Source of the DNA: Squalus acanthias | Lineage: Eukaryota | Assembly: GCA_030390025.1 (NCBI GenBank) | Contig: CM059432.1 | Location: 145,330,001-145,394,000 of the forward strand | Length of the DNA: 64,000 bases | Reading direction: 5' to 3' | Shown: positions 51,519 through 63,438 of the stretch, piece by piece | Layout of the letters: the number at the start of each line of letters is the position of its first letter | How positions within the stretch are numbered: position 1 is the first letter of the stretch | Translations under genes and position numbers: made by a program | Notes under the pieces: generated by a model | What the model saw: only the letters and a program-made list of their open reading frames with translations | What the model was told of the DNA's origin: nothing | Database searches by the model: none

Positions 51519-52469
51519 GTAAGGCACATGTAGAACAACAGTTTGAGTGTTCATTTTAAAAATGCTAAATGGAAATTTGTTGCCAACTTAATTCACTGAA
51601 AGTGAAAATGGATGGAAAGTAGTTTAATGTAATGCTTGTTCCCAGCAGTCCGCTGTCTTATAATGGTGCCAAGCCTGACAAATCACTTTGGACAGATGCA
51701 AAGGATAAGAGCATTGTAGTGTTAGAGAGGTTTCCAATTGAATTTTCCCATGTATCTTATTTTTTGAAGTCAAGTTCAGTGGCCCAGGGAACCAAACCAA
51801 AGGTTAGAAAAGTGAAAACTCATTTACAGTCCTAAAGGAACTTATCAGTCTGTGCGGTTGTTGGATAACTTTACAGGGTAAAATTCAGTATGCAATGTGA
51901 ATGTTAATGATAGACCACAGCAACAACACAGATTATCACCAGAGACAGATTTAATGGAGAGGAACACTATACTGTCTGCATTTGGGAATTGACATTTTAG
52001 GCAGAACTAGAACAAGGATTATCTGCATAAGAGCTGGTCAGTTCTACCTTTATTTATCACAACATACATTTGCAGAATACTGCCACACTGTTTCCAATAT
52101 TAGTTACATTTTACCAATGCTGTGTGGCACCCTCTCCATTACTCTCATGCCACTGGATGTTACTGAATCAACTCAAGTTACAGAGCACTTCTGTAAACAA
52201 TGATTACACACACATTTACTGTTGTCATTATTTATCTTAGATTATACATAGTATTTACAGCACAGAAACAGGCCATTCGGCCCAACAGGTCCATGCCTGG
52301 TGCTTATGCTCCACATGAGGCATACAAACTATATATTACCTGTACAGTTATTATGAGTTCACCCTACTTTTACTATTGCTATATTCTATATTGGATGTTC
52401 AACTCTTGACAGTGTACTATATTCTTTAATTCATAAGTGTGAAAGAGAGCTTAATCAGCTGTGAGTGAG

Positions 52470-52862
52470 TTATATTTCCCTACCACACTACTGGGTTGTG
52501 GATTCAAATCCTGTTGCAGAACCTCTGCCCGTAATCTACGCTGATTTTTCAGTGAAGTGCTGAGGGAGTGCTGCACTGTTGGAGGTGCCATCTTTCGGAT
52601 AAATTGGTAAACTGAGGTCTTGTCTGCCTGTTCAGGTAAACTCCCGATGTCCTGGCCAACATTTATCCCTTTACCAATACCCCCAAATACAGATGAACTA
52701 ATCACTTATCTCATTACTATTTGTGGGACCTTGCTGTATGCAAATTGGCTGCTGCATTTTCCTACATAATAACAATCAATGACTATTTTCAAAGTAATTC
52801 CTTAGCTGTGGAGCTTTTTGGAATGTCCTGAAGTCATGAAAGATGCTACATAAATGCAAGTC
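52470..52862 (+). mobile_element. Deu-domain SINE with a tRNA-like head
   Basis: B-box-like GGATTCAAATCC, then gagggagtgctgcactgttggaggtgccatctttcggat..gtcctggccaacatttatccct; tail taaatgcaagt. Confidence 0.7.
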
Positions 52863-53489
52863 ATCCTTGCTAAATTAAAATTGCACTTGGCCTAGAATTC
52901 CTCAGGGTATCTGCGCTGATGCAAGTGCAGAAGAGCAAGATCCCACTCTGTCACTGACCTTCAATTCGGACCCTGATTGAGTATCCAGTGTCAAGGCAGG
53001 GTCATCTCATTTAAATATTTTCCATAGGTGCCCATGCCAGTATGGAGAGAAATTGCTATGGCTCCTGCCATAGTGTGGTGTAACCAGTAGTGCTAGGAGA
53101 AATTAAACATTTTAAACCTGAAAATGTGTTTGTTTGAATCTCCTGCCTTGCCTGGTGCAATTGATCACTCTGAAATTGGCTAGGCGGCCCTTTAAAGTTT
53201 AAGTTATCCATCACCGCCCTCCCCTAGCCAAGGCCCCATACCATCCCTGGATACCAGGAACAAATGGCATTCCCAGTGCCCATTCATCGCATTATTCTGT
53301 TCCTAAGTTCCAACCTGCCCTTTCGATACATATAAATGTTATGTAGTTGTAGTTAGGGGCACTGATGTGTGCCTTCCATGAGGCCCCACAGTTCTGGAAA
53401 ATCTGGTAAAAGTGTTATCTCTCTCATGCTTCCCCCAACAAACAAGGCTTTGTCACTTATTTTACATATCAGTGGACCAAAGACTGACT

Positions 53490-53872
53490 ATAACAACAAC
53501 AACAACATGTATTTATATAGTGCCTTTAACAAAGTAAAACGTTCCAAGGTGCTTCACAGGAGTGTTATCAAACAAAATTTGATACTGAGCCACATCAGGA
53601 GATATCAGGACAGGTGACCAAAAGCTTGATCAAAGAGGTAGGTTTTAAGGAGTGTCTTAAAGGAGGAGAGAGAGGTAGAGAGGCGGAGAGGCTTTGGGAG
53701 GGAATTCCAGAGGTTAGGGTCTAGGCAGCTGAAGGCATGGCCGCCAATGGTGGAGCGATTAAAATCGGGGATGCACAAGAGGCCAGAATTGGAGGAGCGC
53801 AGAGATCTTGGAGGGTTTTAGCGATGGAAGAGGTTACAGAGATAGGGAGGGGCGAGGCCATGGAGGGATTTG
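53490..53872 (-). mobile_element. L2 3' fragment
   Basis: (aac)n tail, atttatatagtgcctttaac..cttcacaggag; reverse complement of the L2 ends at about 14000-14380 and 25903-26120. Confidence 0.8.
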
Positions 53873-54638
53873 ACTAGCGTGGCAAATGTCATTGGTGGTG
53901 ACTCAGAAGGAGTTGAGAAACCTCCACATCTATCAGCAGGGCTGTCCTGTGGTAGTTCTTGGAGGTTGGATATGGCATAACTGTGTGACAACCTCCCTCG
54001 TGATGTATAGATGACAAAGGTATGGTTCCTTGGACATCCACAAATAGGTGCTCCTACCTATAAAGACATGGGCTTCTGGGATGAACCTGAGTGGGTGCCA
54101 GACACCTAAACTGTAAGCACACCTGCCTTTGATCCCTCTGCTTAAACTCCCTTTTCTCCTCCAAATCGATCAACGACCAGTGGAATGCTCATGTGGAGCA
54201 GTGTTGCTGCTATCACCAACTGTGCTGTGGGAACAAGGATCTATAAAAGGAGTCTTGCAACACAAAAATACCAGCAGCAAAATTCATCAGAAAGATTTGC
54301 GCCACAAGTAATGCAGAACCACTGTATGATAAGTCCAAACACTTTGGCCGGAATATTCCTTACCTGGGCGGGTCGGGTGCGGGCGGTCGCGTGGCGGGTC
54401 GCGACCCCGTTCTTGCTTCCATCCCGCTGCAGAAATTGACATTGCGCTAAAGGGGCCTAGTAAGCCTGCCCTGCGCGTTATCCGGCCCTATTAAATGGTG
54501 CAGGTCTGATGACATCGTCGATGACGCGTTTTCAGCCGGGATATTTAAAGGAGCCATGGCCACATTGCATTTGAAGGTTCATCTAGGAGTATGCAGTCAC
54601 TGCACTGGAGCTTTTAATTGTTCCAAACACTTGGAAAC

Positions 54639-56494
54639 ATGACTGCACAGAGGCAGAGGGCTGCACCCAGGTTCTCCAATGACTCCCTCCATATGCTTGT
54701 GGAGGGAGTCAGAGCATGCAGGGAGGTCCTCTTCCCTTCAAATGGGCAGAAGAGACCTCCCCAGGAGACAAAAAGAGCCTGGCTCCAAATTGCAGAGGAC
54801 ATGAACAGCAGGGATGTGTTCAGGAGGACCTGGGTGCAGTGCCGGAAACGTTTCAATGATCTCATTAGATCAGGAAAGGTGAGTACAAAGCCACACTCAG
54901 ATTCATCCTGCTGTGCCTCTCATCACATCCCCATCACTCTGCCTTCCCAACCCTACTCCTGCACATCCTTACACCAACATATCTTGCATGTCCACCCATT
55001 CCTCTCTCTCTATCTACCAGCCACCCCTCACACTCAGCCTTATCCTAATGCAATCATACCAACTAACAAGACACAAGGAGGCCATTTGGTATTGCCACCC
55101 CACTCCATCATAATCTCCCTCTAAAGATGTAACCCATCCATTCCTTACACTCATTCCATCACTCCCACTCAACCTTCTCTTCTTTCCCTCCTTGCAGGAA
55201 AAGATAGCCCACAATAAGAGGGAGAGGGAGAGAACTGGAGGTGGCCCTCCATCATTTGCTACCCTCACAACAGCAGAGGAGGCTGCGTTAGAAGTATCGG
55301 GAGTCGCCAAGCAGCTGGAGGTGGGAGACGGAGAGAGGGGGACATCTCAGCAACTTGGTGACATATTTAAACATCATACAGCTACATGACATACATTAGT
55401 CCCTGATACAAGGACTGATGTCATCAGCCACTGAATGGTCATCATGTGCATAATGGTATCTGTACCCATTCTTCATATATATCATATATCTAACTCATCT
55501 CTTTACTCTCCCTCAGGTCCATTAAGAGCCCCCCCCTCCCTCCCACTGTCCAGGAGGAAGAGGAAGATGACTCCTCAGAGGAGCCTCCAGCCTCTGAGGG
55601 CGCAGCCTCACCAGACATAAGCGTACCCAGCACCAGCGCGGAGACGCACACCTCAGTGGGTCCCATGTGAGATAGAGTAGTGTTGTCACCTGGTCTATCA
55701 CAAGTCACAAGTGAGCAAGAGCAGATGAAGGAGACAGGGACAGCAGTGGAGACTCCCCGCTGGAGGGTGCAGGACGCTCCCAGCTCTGCTCAGCTGCATG
55801 CAGACGCTGAGCCTCGGGGGCCATCCAGAAAGAGAGCAATCTGGAGTTGCAGGAAGAAGTGCAGGGGGCTCTGACAGGCTTTGCGACCGCGATGTCTGCA
55901 AATATTCAGAGAATTAAGGAGTCCATCTCTAACATGAGCACCACTGTGTCGCAGGCAATGGCGACTGTAGGCTCTTCCATGGAAAAGATGGCCACCTGCA
56001 TGGAGCAGCTAATGCGCCACTCACATGAGCACACACTATCTATGGAGAATAGATGGCAGAGGCTCATAGACCTCCTCTCTGGGAGGGATGTCAGCGTAGA
56101 TGTGGGTCCTCATGGCCCCACTGATGTGCAGCAAGGTGCTCTCCAGCTCCTTGCTAGCAGGGAAGTGCGGGTGGCCCATGAGAGGGATGACGGTGAGAGG
56201 GAACAATGGAAGTGGGGGCTCCTCTCAAAGCACTTGCACTTCTCTCCCATTGCCACCTCCTCAGTCAGAGCCCCAGATACCTCCTCAGACAGCGATGGCC
56301 GAGTCTGTCCTACACAGTAGCAGGATGAGCAGACTTTGGTGGGGCCATCACAGGCTCCAAAACCCAGAGGACATCCGTCAAGAGTGTCTAAGCAGTCACA
56401 GCAGGGAAGTAAGCAGGCTGCCTCTACCTCTGCTGAAGCCATAGGGGTAGCACCTCGTATAAGCACGCATAAGAGAAAGATGACACACAAGTAG
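54639..56494 (+). pseudogene. Harbinger Myb/SANT-like DNA-binding protein, 3 exons (54639-54878, 55198-55357, 55517-about 56494), exon 3 disrupted
   Basis: RAAPRFSNDSLHMLVEGV..LFP..AWLQIAEDMN..RTWVQCRKRFNDL; AAG|GTGAGT; cttgcAG|EKIAHNKRERERTGGGP; frameshift at the poly-C near 55530 and a later stop. Confidence 0.8.
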
Positions 56495-56795
56495 ATTCAC
56501 AAGGGTAGCCACTTGGGTGTTTTGTTCGATGTTAATGTCAAGTTTCCGTTAATGTGATCTCAACCATAAAAATCTTTATTTTCACCACTTTCCCATCTTG
56601 GACACATTTGTGTGCACCTTTGGAAGTGGCTTAGTGAGTTGCAGTGAATGGTGAGACATAATGGTACCTCCAGCAATGGTGGTCAATGTGAAAGGAATGG
56701 CTTGCTCATTGTAGGGATCCTTTATGGTGTTGCTGTGGGGTGGTGCCAACCTGGCGCAGCATGTGGCAGCCATATGGGTGTACTGCATAAAGTTA

Positions 56796-56975
56796 GAAGT
56801 TGCACAACACCAGGTTATAGTCCAACAGATTTATTTAAAATTACAAGCTTTCGGAGCTGTTGCCCCTTCGTCAGGTAAAGGTACAAATAAATCTGAAAAA
56901 TCTGTTGGACTATAACCTGGTGTTGTGCGACTTCTCATTTTTGTCCACCCCAGTCCAACACCGGCATCTCCGTCA
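56796..56975. mobile_element. Short Penelope-type insertion (second family) with inverted arms
   Basis: 12-bp TSD tgcataaagtta (56784-95 and 56976-87); arms gcacaacaccaggttatagtccaacagattt / aaatctgttggactataacctggtgttgtgc. Confidence 0.75.
56841..56878 (-). ncRNA. Minimal type I hammerhead ribozyme motif, core intact
   Basis: Minus strand UUAC-CUGACGA-A-GGGGC-AACA-GCUCC-GAAA-GC-UU^GUAA: stem I UUAC/GUAA, 5-bp stem II, palindromic AGCU stem III. Confidence 0.7.
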
Positions 56976-56984
56976 TGCATAAAG

Positions 56985-58202
56985 TTAAGTAAATCTGGCT
57001 GTGATGAGGCCATCCCTGGCCTCCTGGGCAGCAATGTGATGGGGTGCTGGTGGGATCTGGGCCGCAGGCTCCTCCTCATCTTCCAGCTGATGCTTCTCCT
57101 TCTCCTCCTCCTCTGAAGAGGCTGTGCGCTCAGTGCCTTGCTCCTCATGCAGCGCTAATCCTCGCTGCTGTTGTGCAGGGCACAGCAGACCACGACGATT
57201 CTGGAAATCCTGGCTGGTGCGTACTGAAGGGCTCCTCCAGATCTGTCAAGGCATCTGAAGCGCATTTTGAGCATGCTTATTGTCTGCTCTATGACACATC
57301 TGGTGGAAATGTGGCTTTCATTATATTTCTCCTCGCTTCAGTACTTGGCCTCCTCAACGGTGTCATGAGCCACGTCTTCAGTGGATAGCCCTTGTCTCCA
57401 AGCAGCCAGCTGGAAAGTCTGTTTGGAGGAGCGAAGAGCTGAGGGAGGATGGACTGGCGAAGGACGAAAGAATCATGGCAGCTGCCAGGGAATTTGACAC
57501 ACACATGCATGATGATCTTCCTATGATTGTAGACCAGCTGCACATTGAGGGACGGAAGCCCTTGCAGTTGACAAAGACTCCTGGGTTATGATGGAGTGCC
57601 TTGATGGCCACATGTGTGCAGTCGATGACGCCCTGCACCCGTGGGAAGCCAGCCAGAGTGGCAAAGCCGAATGCCTGCTCAGTAACACTGGCTTCATCAG
57701 TGGAAAAGTTGATATAATTGGCTGACTTGTCAAAGAGGGCATCAGTGACCTGTGTGATGCACCTGTGGGTGGCTGACTGCGAGATGCTGCAAATGTCTGC
57801 TGCAGATCCCAGGAAGCAGCCTGAGGCAAAGAAGTTGAGGGCGCTGGTGACTTTGATAGCCACTGGTAAGGCATGTCCACCCACTCCTCTGGGCTGCAGG
57901 TCTTGCTCCAGCAATGTGCAAATGTCTGTGATGACCTGGTGCGATAGCCTGAGCCTCCTTTGGCACTACTGCTCAGTCATGTTAAGGAAGCTCATCCTCT
58001 GCCTGTATACCCTGTGTTGGGGGCATCGCCTCCGGCACGGTGCAACCCTGCACTGATGCCCTCTGTCCTGTGCAGCATCAGGTGGTTGAGAAGGTTGGTG
58101 GTGTTGTTGTTGGTGTTGCTGGTGTGCCTGGTGCTGCTGGTGTTGGGGTTCATCGTGGTCCGATTCTGAGGACCAAGGTGAGACAGTATAAACGGCACCC
58201 AT
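56985..58202 (-). pseudogene. Harbinger DDE transposase (HARBI1-like), inactivated
   Basis: [72 protein letters not shown]; stop at about 57966 and frameshifts at about 57555 and 57325. Confidence 0.9.
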
Positions 58203-58216
58203 GCTGATGGAATAGA

Positions 58217-59151
58217 ACATAAGAACATAAGAAATAGGAGCAGGAGTAGGCCATTCGGCCCTTCGAGCCTGCTCCGCCATTCAATGAGATCATGGCTGAT
58301 CTTCTGCCTCAACGCCATTCACCAGCCCTATCGCCATATCCCTTGATGCCCTTACTAGTCAGAAATCTATCGACTTCTGTTTTGAATATACCCAATGACT
58401 GAGCCTCCACAGCCCTCTGGGGTAGAGAATTCCAAAGATTCACCACCCTCTGTGTGAAGAAATTTCTTCTCATCTCAGTCCTGAATGGCCTACCCTTTAT
58501 CCTGAGGCTGTGGCCCCTGGTTCTAGACTCCCCAGCCAAGGGAAACATTCTCCCAGCATCCACCCTATCAAGCCCTGTAATAATTTTGTATGCTTCAATG
58601 AGATCCCCTCTCATTCTTCTGAATTCAAGAGAATACAGGCCTAGTTTACTCAATCTCTTCTCATACGACAGTCCCGCCATCCTAGGAATCAATCTCGTGA
58701 ACCTTCGTTGCACTCCTTCTATGGCAAGTATATCCTTCCTTAGCTAAGGAGACCAAAATTGCACACAGTACTCCAGGTGTGGTCTCACCAAGGCCCTATA
58801 TAATTGGAGTAAGACTTCTTTACTCCTGTACTCAAATCCTCTTGTAATGAAGGCCAGCATACCATTTGCCTTCCTAATGGCTTGCTGCACCTGCACATTC
58901 ACTTTCAGTGACTCATGTACAAGGACACCCAGGTTCCTTTGAGCATCTGCATTCCCCAATCTTTCACCATTTAGGAAATACTCTGCCTTTCTGTTTTTTT
59001 CTACCAAAGTGGATAACTTCACATTTATCCACATTATATTTCATCTGCCATGTTCTCGCCCACTCACTGAGCCTGTCGAGATCCCCTTGAAGCCTCTTCA
59101 CATCCTCTTCACAACTGACACTGCCACCGAGCTTTGTATCATCAGCAAATT
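58217..59151 (-). mobile_element. CR1 LINE, 5'-truncated, nested in the Harbinger element
   Basis: TSD tggaataga (58208-16 and 59152-60); QRRFTRLIP, RRMRGDLIEAYK and LVRPHLEYCVQFWSP motifs; (ttcttatg)n tail. Confidence 0.93.
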
Positions 59152-60158
59152 TGGAATAGATGGCAGGTCAAGTAGAGATGAGAGAAGCATGCTGTCAATG
59201 GAGTGATAGGTTCTACCAATGAGGTGAGACTGGATGGCAACTTTGCTGCAAACACTTACAGCCTGTAGAAAACTAAATCTGTGCTGGGAATGTAGTCACC
59301 AACAGCTTCTGCCTGAGGAATGTGATCAGCTGTGAGGTGGGAGCTTTTATAGTACATTTCATACTGTCAACTAATCAGCTGGATCAATGGCCACTCAACT
59401 CCTGCCTCAGGTTGACAGATGTGGTTCCTGAGCTGCGTGTATCCCGTGGTCAGCCAGGGAAATTTGAAAGGTAGGCTAAAAAGGCGCTTAATGGTCTGAC
59501 AACAAGCTGATAATGATTTAAATTAGGTCACCTGCCTCTGCCGTTCGGGTCGCTGCTGCACTGGCAAATGCGCCCGAGGGAAAGACGCGTGGGGCGGGAT
59601 GACGGTGGGTCCAGACCCGCTCCAACTTATTTCAAATTTCCCACCCGACCCGCCTCTGATCGCGCCCACACAGACCCCAGAAAATTCCAGCCATTAGATC
59701 TTGCAGCACAATAGTAAAATGTGACTCACACTTTTAAAAAACCTTCTGAATGCCAGAAATCAAAAGCCCTGCAGCATCAATATTAAACAGGAGAACAGGA
59801 CTAAAAGAGTGAACAGATCAGAAATATGGTGGGGTTCTTCCTGGAATTGATTTACATAAAACTGCCAGTAATTAGGAGCACAGTGGGGCCCCCATACTCT
59901 GTGTGCATCAAAAATGTGCAAACCAACCCCCCCCCCCCTCCCAAATGTGGCACCTCGCACATCGGCCATTCCCAATTGAGTAAGGCTCGGAATGCAAGCA
60001 CACTGTTGGGGAATTGAACCTCCTATCTTGGCATACCCTGCCACCCTCTTTATGGGGCTGTAGTGCAATATCTGTGGCGCAGAGCAGGTCTCGTTCCTGA
60101 AACCTTTCAATCCTTACTGTTATGCTGATTTACCGCAGTGATGCTGCCTTGATTGATG

Positions 60159-60844
60159 ATCAGTGTATCACCACCGTGCCAAATTACTATCCAGGTGAAG
60201 ATGAAAGTTTACCCCATCTGCCGCAATGAGCTGACATCTTAGTTGCTAATTAGCAATTCCATAGTAAAATGTGATGACTGTGGCATGACAGCTACTCTAA
60301 GGGCTGAACCCCAATGAGGAGCGGAACAGAATTTAACACAAACAAAATCACTGGAATGCTGATGTCTGAGATAATCAAATTCTTTTGTTTTTACTGTTTT
60401 TCTGCTATTATCTGTTGGTTTTACCGGCAGAATTTTATTGTTGGCTAAATTAATTTCCAAGCAGATTTTCCTAACTCATATTTAATTCAGTCCATTAAAA
60501 CAGCCAATTGCTAAAGCATTACAGGACTGATTTCCTGGTCAGTTGCTCCAGGCAAGGAGCGTCACCCACATGATTGGGAAATTGTGTACCCACGTCACCC
60601 AATAATTCATCCATTCATTTAAATGGACAGAAAATCGATACAGACCCTCGATCTCCCAACCAGTGCTCCCTGCGATTTCCGCTCCTCATTGGGGTTCAGC
60701 CCTTAGAGTAGCTGTCATGCCACAGTCATCACATTTTACTATGGAATTGCTAATTAGCAACTAAAATGTCAGCTCATTGCGGCAGATGGGGTAAACTTTC
60801 ATCTTCACCTGGATAGTAATTTGGCACGGTGGTGATACACTGAT
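60159..60844. repeat. 168-bp near-perfect inverted repeat with a 350-bp spacer
   Basis: 60159-60326 is the reverse complement of 60677-60844, with one mismatch seen by eye. Confidence 0.92.
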
Positions 60845-60944
60845 TTTCATTTTATTTGTTTCCATTAAGTTCTATAAGGGGTGTAAAATCAGCCCTGGCA
60901 TATTACCACCCTAGCGGTGAAGACAAAAAATGACCCTCGTGTCT

Positions 60945-61185
60945 TTGTGCAGTCAATGGAGTTGAGGCAGAGACTGTAGTGTCTTTTAAGGAACGAGTAG
61001 ACAAATATTTGAAGCAGATACAGTTATGTGGAGAGATTGGAGAAGTTTGGATTATTCTCCTTAGAGCAGAGTAGGTTAAGGGGAGATCTAATAGAGGTAT
61101 TCAAAATTATGAGGGGTTTTGATAGAGCAAGTAGGGACAAACTGTTTCCTCTGGCAAGTAGGTCGATAACCAGAGGTCATAGATG
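60945..61185 (+). mobile_element. CR1 fragments
   Basis: GLFSLEQSRLRGDLIEVFKIMRGFDR motif. Confidence 0.7.
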
Positions 61186-62062
61186 AAGTGAGTAATCAGA
61201 CATTCAATTGGTGTTTAGTTGAGAACTCTCAAGTACATCACCTGTAGTTGAAACGTAAACCACCTGGGTAAGACTGCATAACATTTGTCAAGTAAACTGC
61301 AGTATAGTTTCTCTCACTAGCCAATCCTCATGATGGTAATTGAAATTACCAGTCAGGAGAATGGTGTACCAAAAGGGAGATGGTTAAGTTCTGCTGATAG
61401 TGTCCCCCCAACATGAAGGCAAAATAGAATCAGTAGATAGTAAAGTGTTGTCAAAATCACCCACTTCACTCAAATGGAGTATTGTTCCAAAAGACCTTAA
61501 AGGTGTGTGACTTCAAGTCTTGTCTGCATGGTATTGGCCTCGTTGGATAAATGGAGATCAGCAAATTTAAATATTTAGATATCACTTCTAATGCTTAGCG
61601 CTTGATGTGCTGAGAGTGCGGTGAGGTCATCGGGTCAATTCTGCCACTCGCTGCACCATATCACATCTAAATAGATATATTCCAGGATAGACGCAGTCTC
61701 ATTTACTACTTGGACCATGAAACGTTTCGCCAGTACATCAGTATTGCCAGAGAATGTAACATCAGTGAGAGATAAAGAGCTTAGCCTGGAAGCCCAAAGT
61801 ATTTGTACAATGTAATATATTTACGATTTATGTACTTAAACAGTTGCTAGTTGTTCGCAGACATCACCAATGCAGGACTGCCGTAGACCAGTGGGCCCAT
61901 AGTAAGACATAATTGTGCTTTTCAGCTTCTACACATGCTGCCCTGAGATTGTTATCTTTTGATGTAGGGATATGTAAGAGACAGATTATCACATTATGTT
62001 AGAGCAGTGCCTTTCATCTATGGATCTTGGCTTTCAATCCAACTTAAATAGTGAGATAACTC

Positions 62063-62895
62063 AACAGCAAAATACTGCGGATACTGTAAATCTGAAATAA
62101 AAACAGAAAATGCCGGAAACACTCAGCAGGTCAGGCAGCATCTGTGGAGAGAGAAACAGTTAACATTTCAGGTCGATGACATTTCATCAGAACTGGAAAA
62201 TGTTACTAATGCTACAGGTTTTAAGCAAGTACAGAGGCAGGGAAAGGGGGGTGGGGAGGAGGGCAGGAAATAACAAAAGGGAAGGTCTGTGATAGCGTGG
62301 AGGGCAAGACTGATTAATTGACAAAAGGTATGATGTATGAGGCAAAAAGGGGTGATAATGAGACAAGTAAACAAACAAAAGATGGGTCCAGAGGAGGTGT
62401 ATAAATGGTTACAGCAGAATAGCAGAGGGGGAGGGAAGTAAGGGAAATCTGGCAAAGAGAAGGCTTCCATGGCCCAGGAATGTGGCAGAAGAAAGGCAGG
62501 TAGACCTCAGGAGTGTGGACCACCCATCCGGCCTTGTACCGATAGGGGATCCCCACCCCAAGCACCAGCCCACATCTCCTCCACTCCCAGTGGCTGTGGT
62601 GCAAACATTACCAGCTCCTGCGGTTTGAGAGAAAATGAGAGCAATGGTTAAGGTCTAAGGTTGTTAAACTCAACGTTAAGGCCGGAAAGCTGTAAAGCGG
62701 CGAGTAGAAAGATGAGGTGCTGTTCCTAAAGTTTGCGTTGAGCGTCTTTGAAACAGTGTTGGAGGCCAAGGACAGAGTGTGAGTGGGGTGGAGAATTAAA
62801 ATGGCAAGTGACCGTTTGTGGACTGAACAGAGGTGTTCTGCAAAGCAATCAACCAATCTGCATTTGGTCTTCCCAAAGTAGAGGAGACTGCATCT
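62063..62895 (-). mobile_element. Penelope-like retroelement, 5'-truncated (GIY-YIG endonuclease remnant plus pLTR with hammerhead core)
   Basis: RCSLLYFGKTKCRLVDCFAEHLCSV (GIY-YIG YIG..R..R..EH pattern); QRKL*EQHLIF..LQLSGLNVEFNN; cagtt-CTGATGA-aatgtcatcgacct-GAAAT-GTT-aactg at about 62157-62195. Confidence 0.8.
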
Positions 62896-63276
62896 CCCCT
62901 TTTCTCGCCTTTTTTGGAAGGTGTTGAGTAACAGTAAGATACAACTCCACAAGCACTGGCAGCCCCTTTGTTAGTTCACCCTAAAGGTCATTCTTCATGT
63001 GAGACCCAGGTTAGTGTCAGAAGGGGCTAATCGGGGCACCACAACCAAGACAGACCCTATCCTCAGCTAATATCTTTGCAAACGCACCTTTCAGCTCTGG
63101 AGCCACTAGATAGTGGTCACAAATTGGAATCTTGGCTGATTTTACCCAACTCTCTAGCAAAGGGGCATTGAGTGCAATTGAAGCTGCTACCCTGGCAAAG
63201 ACCAGAAAAGATGGAAATGTTTTCTTAATCTGGCTCTCGCAGAACTGAGATTTTAATGGTACAGGCTGACTGCATG

Positions 63277-63438
63277 AATATCTACAGTGCATTAATATCT
63301 ACAGTATATTGATATCTACATGACATTAATATATACAGTATACAGATATCTACAGTACATTGATAGCTACATTACATTAATATATACAGTGCATTAATAT
63401 CTACAGTGTATTAATATCTACAGTACATTGATATCTAC
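63277..63438. repeat. 17-bp minisatellite (about 9 units)
   Basis: Unit atatctacagtgcatta with variants. Confidence 0.85.

Larger units (their letters stand above)
54346..59692. mobile_element. Full-length, decayed PIF/Harbinger DNA transposon (convergent Myb/SANT gene and DDE transposase) with two nested insertions
   Basis: Terminal inverted repeats GGCCGGAATATTC / GAAAATTCCAGCC; flanks ttt and att; both canonical Harbinger genes are present. Confidence 0.88.

Noticed and set aside
54129..54311. ORF containing LWEQ as a candidate SFRP4 exon 6
   Set aside because: No suitable phase-0 acceptor before the Trp and no resemblance to the SFRP4 C-terminal tail.
54639..58202. Domesticated host genes HARBI1, NAIF1 or MSANTD
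   Set aside because: Both ORFs have stops or frameshifts and lie between terminal inverted repeats, so this is a decayed transposon.
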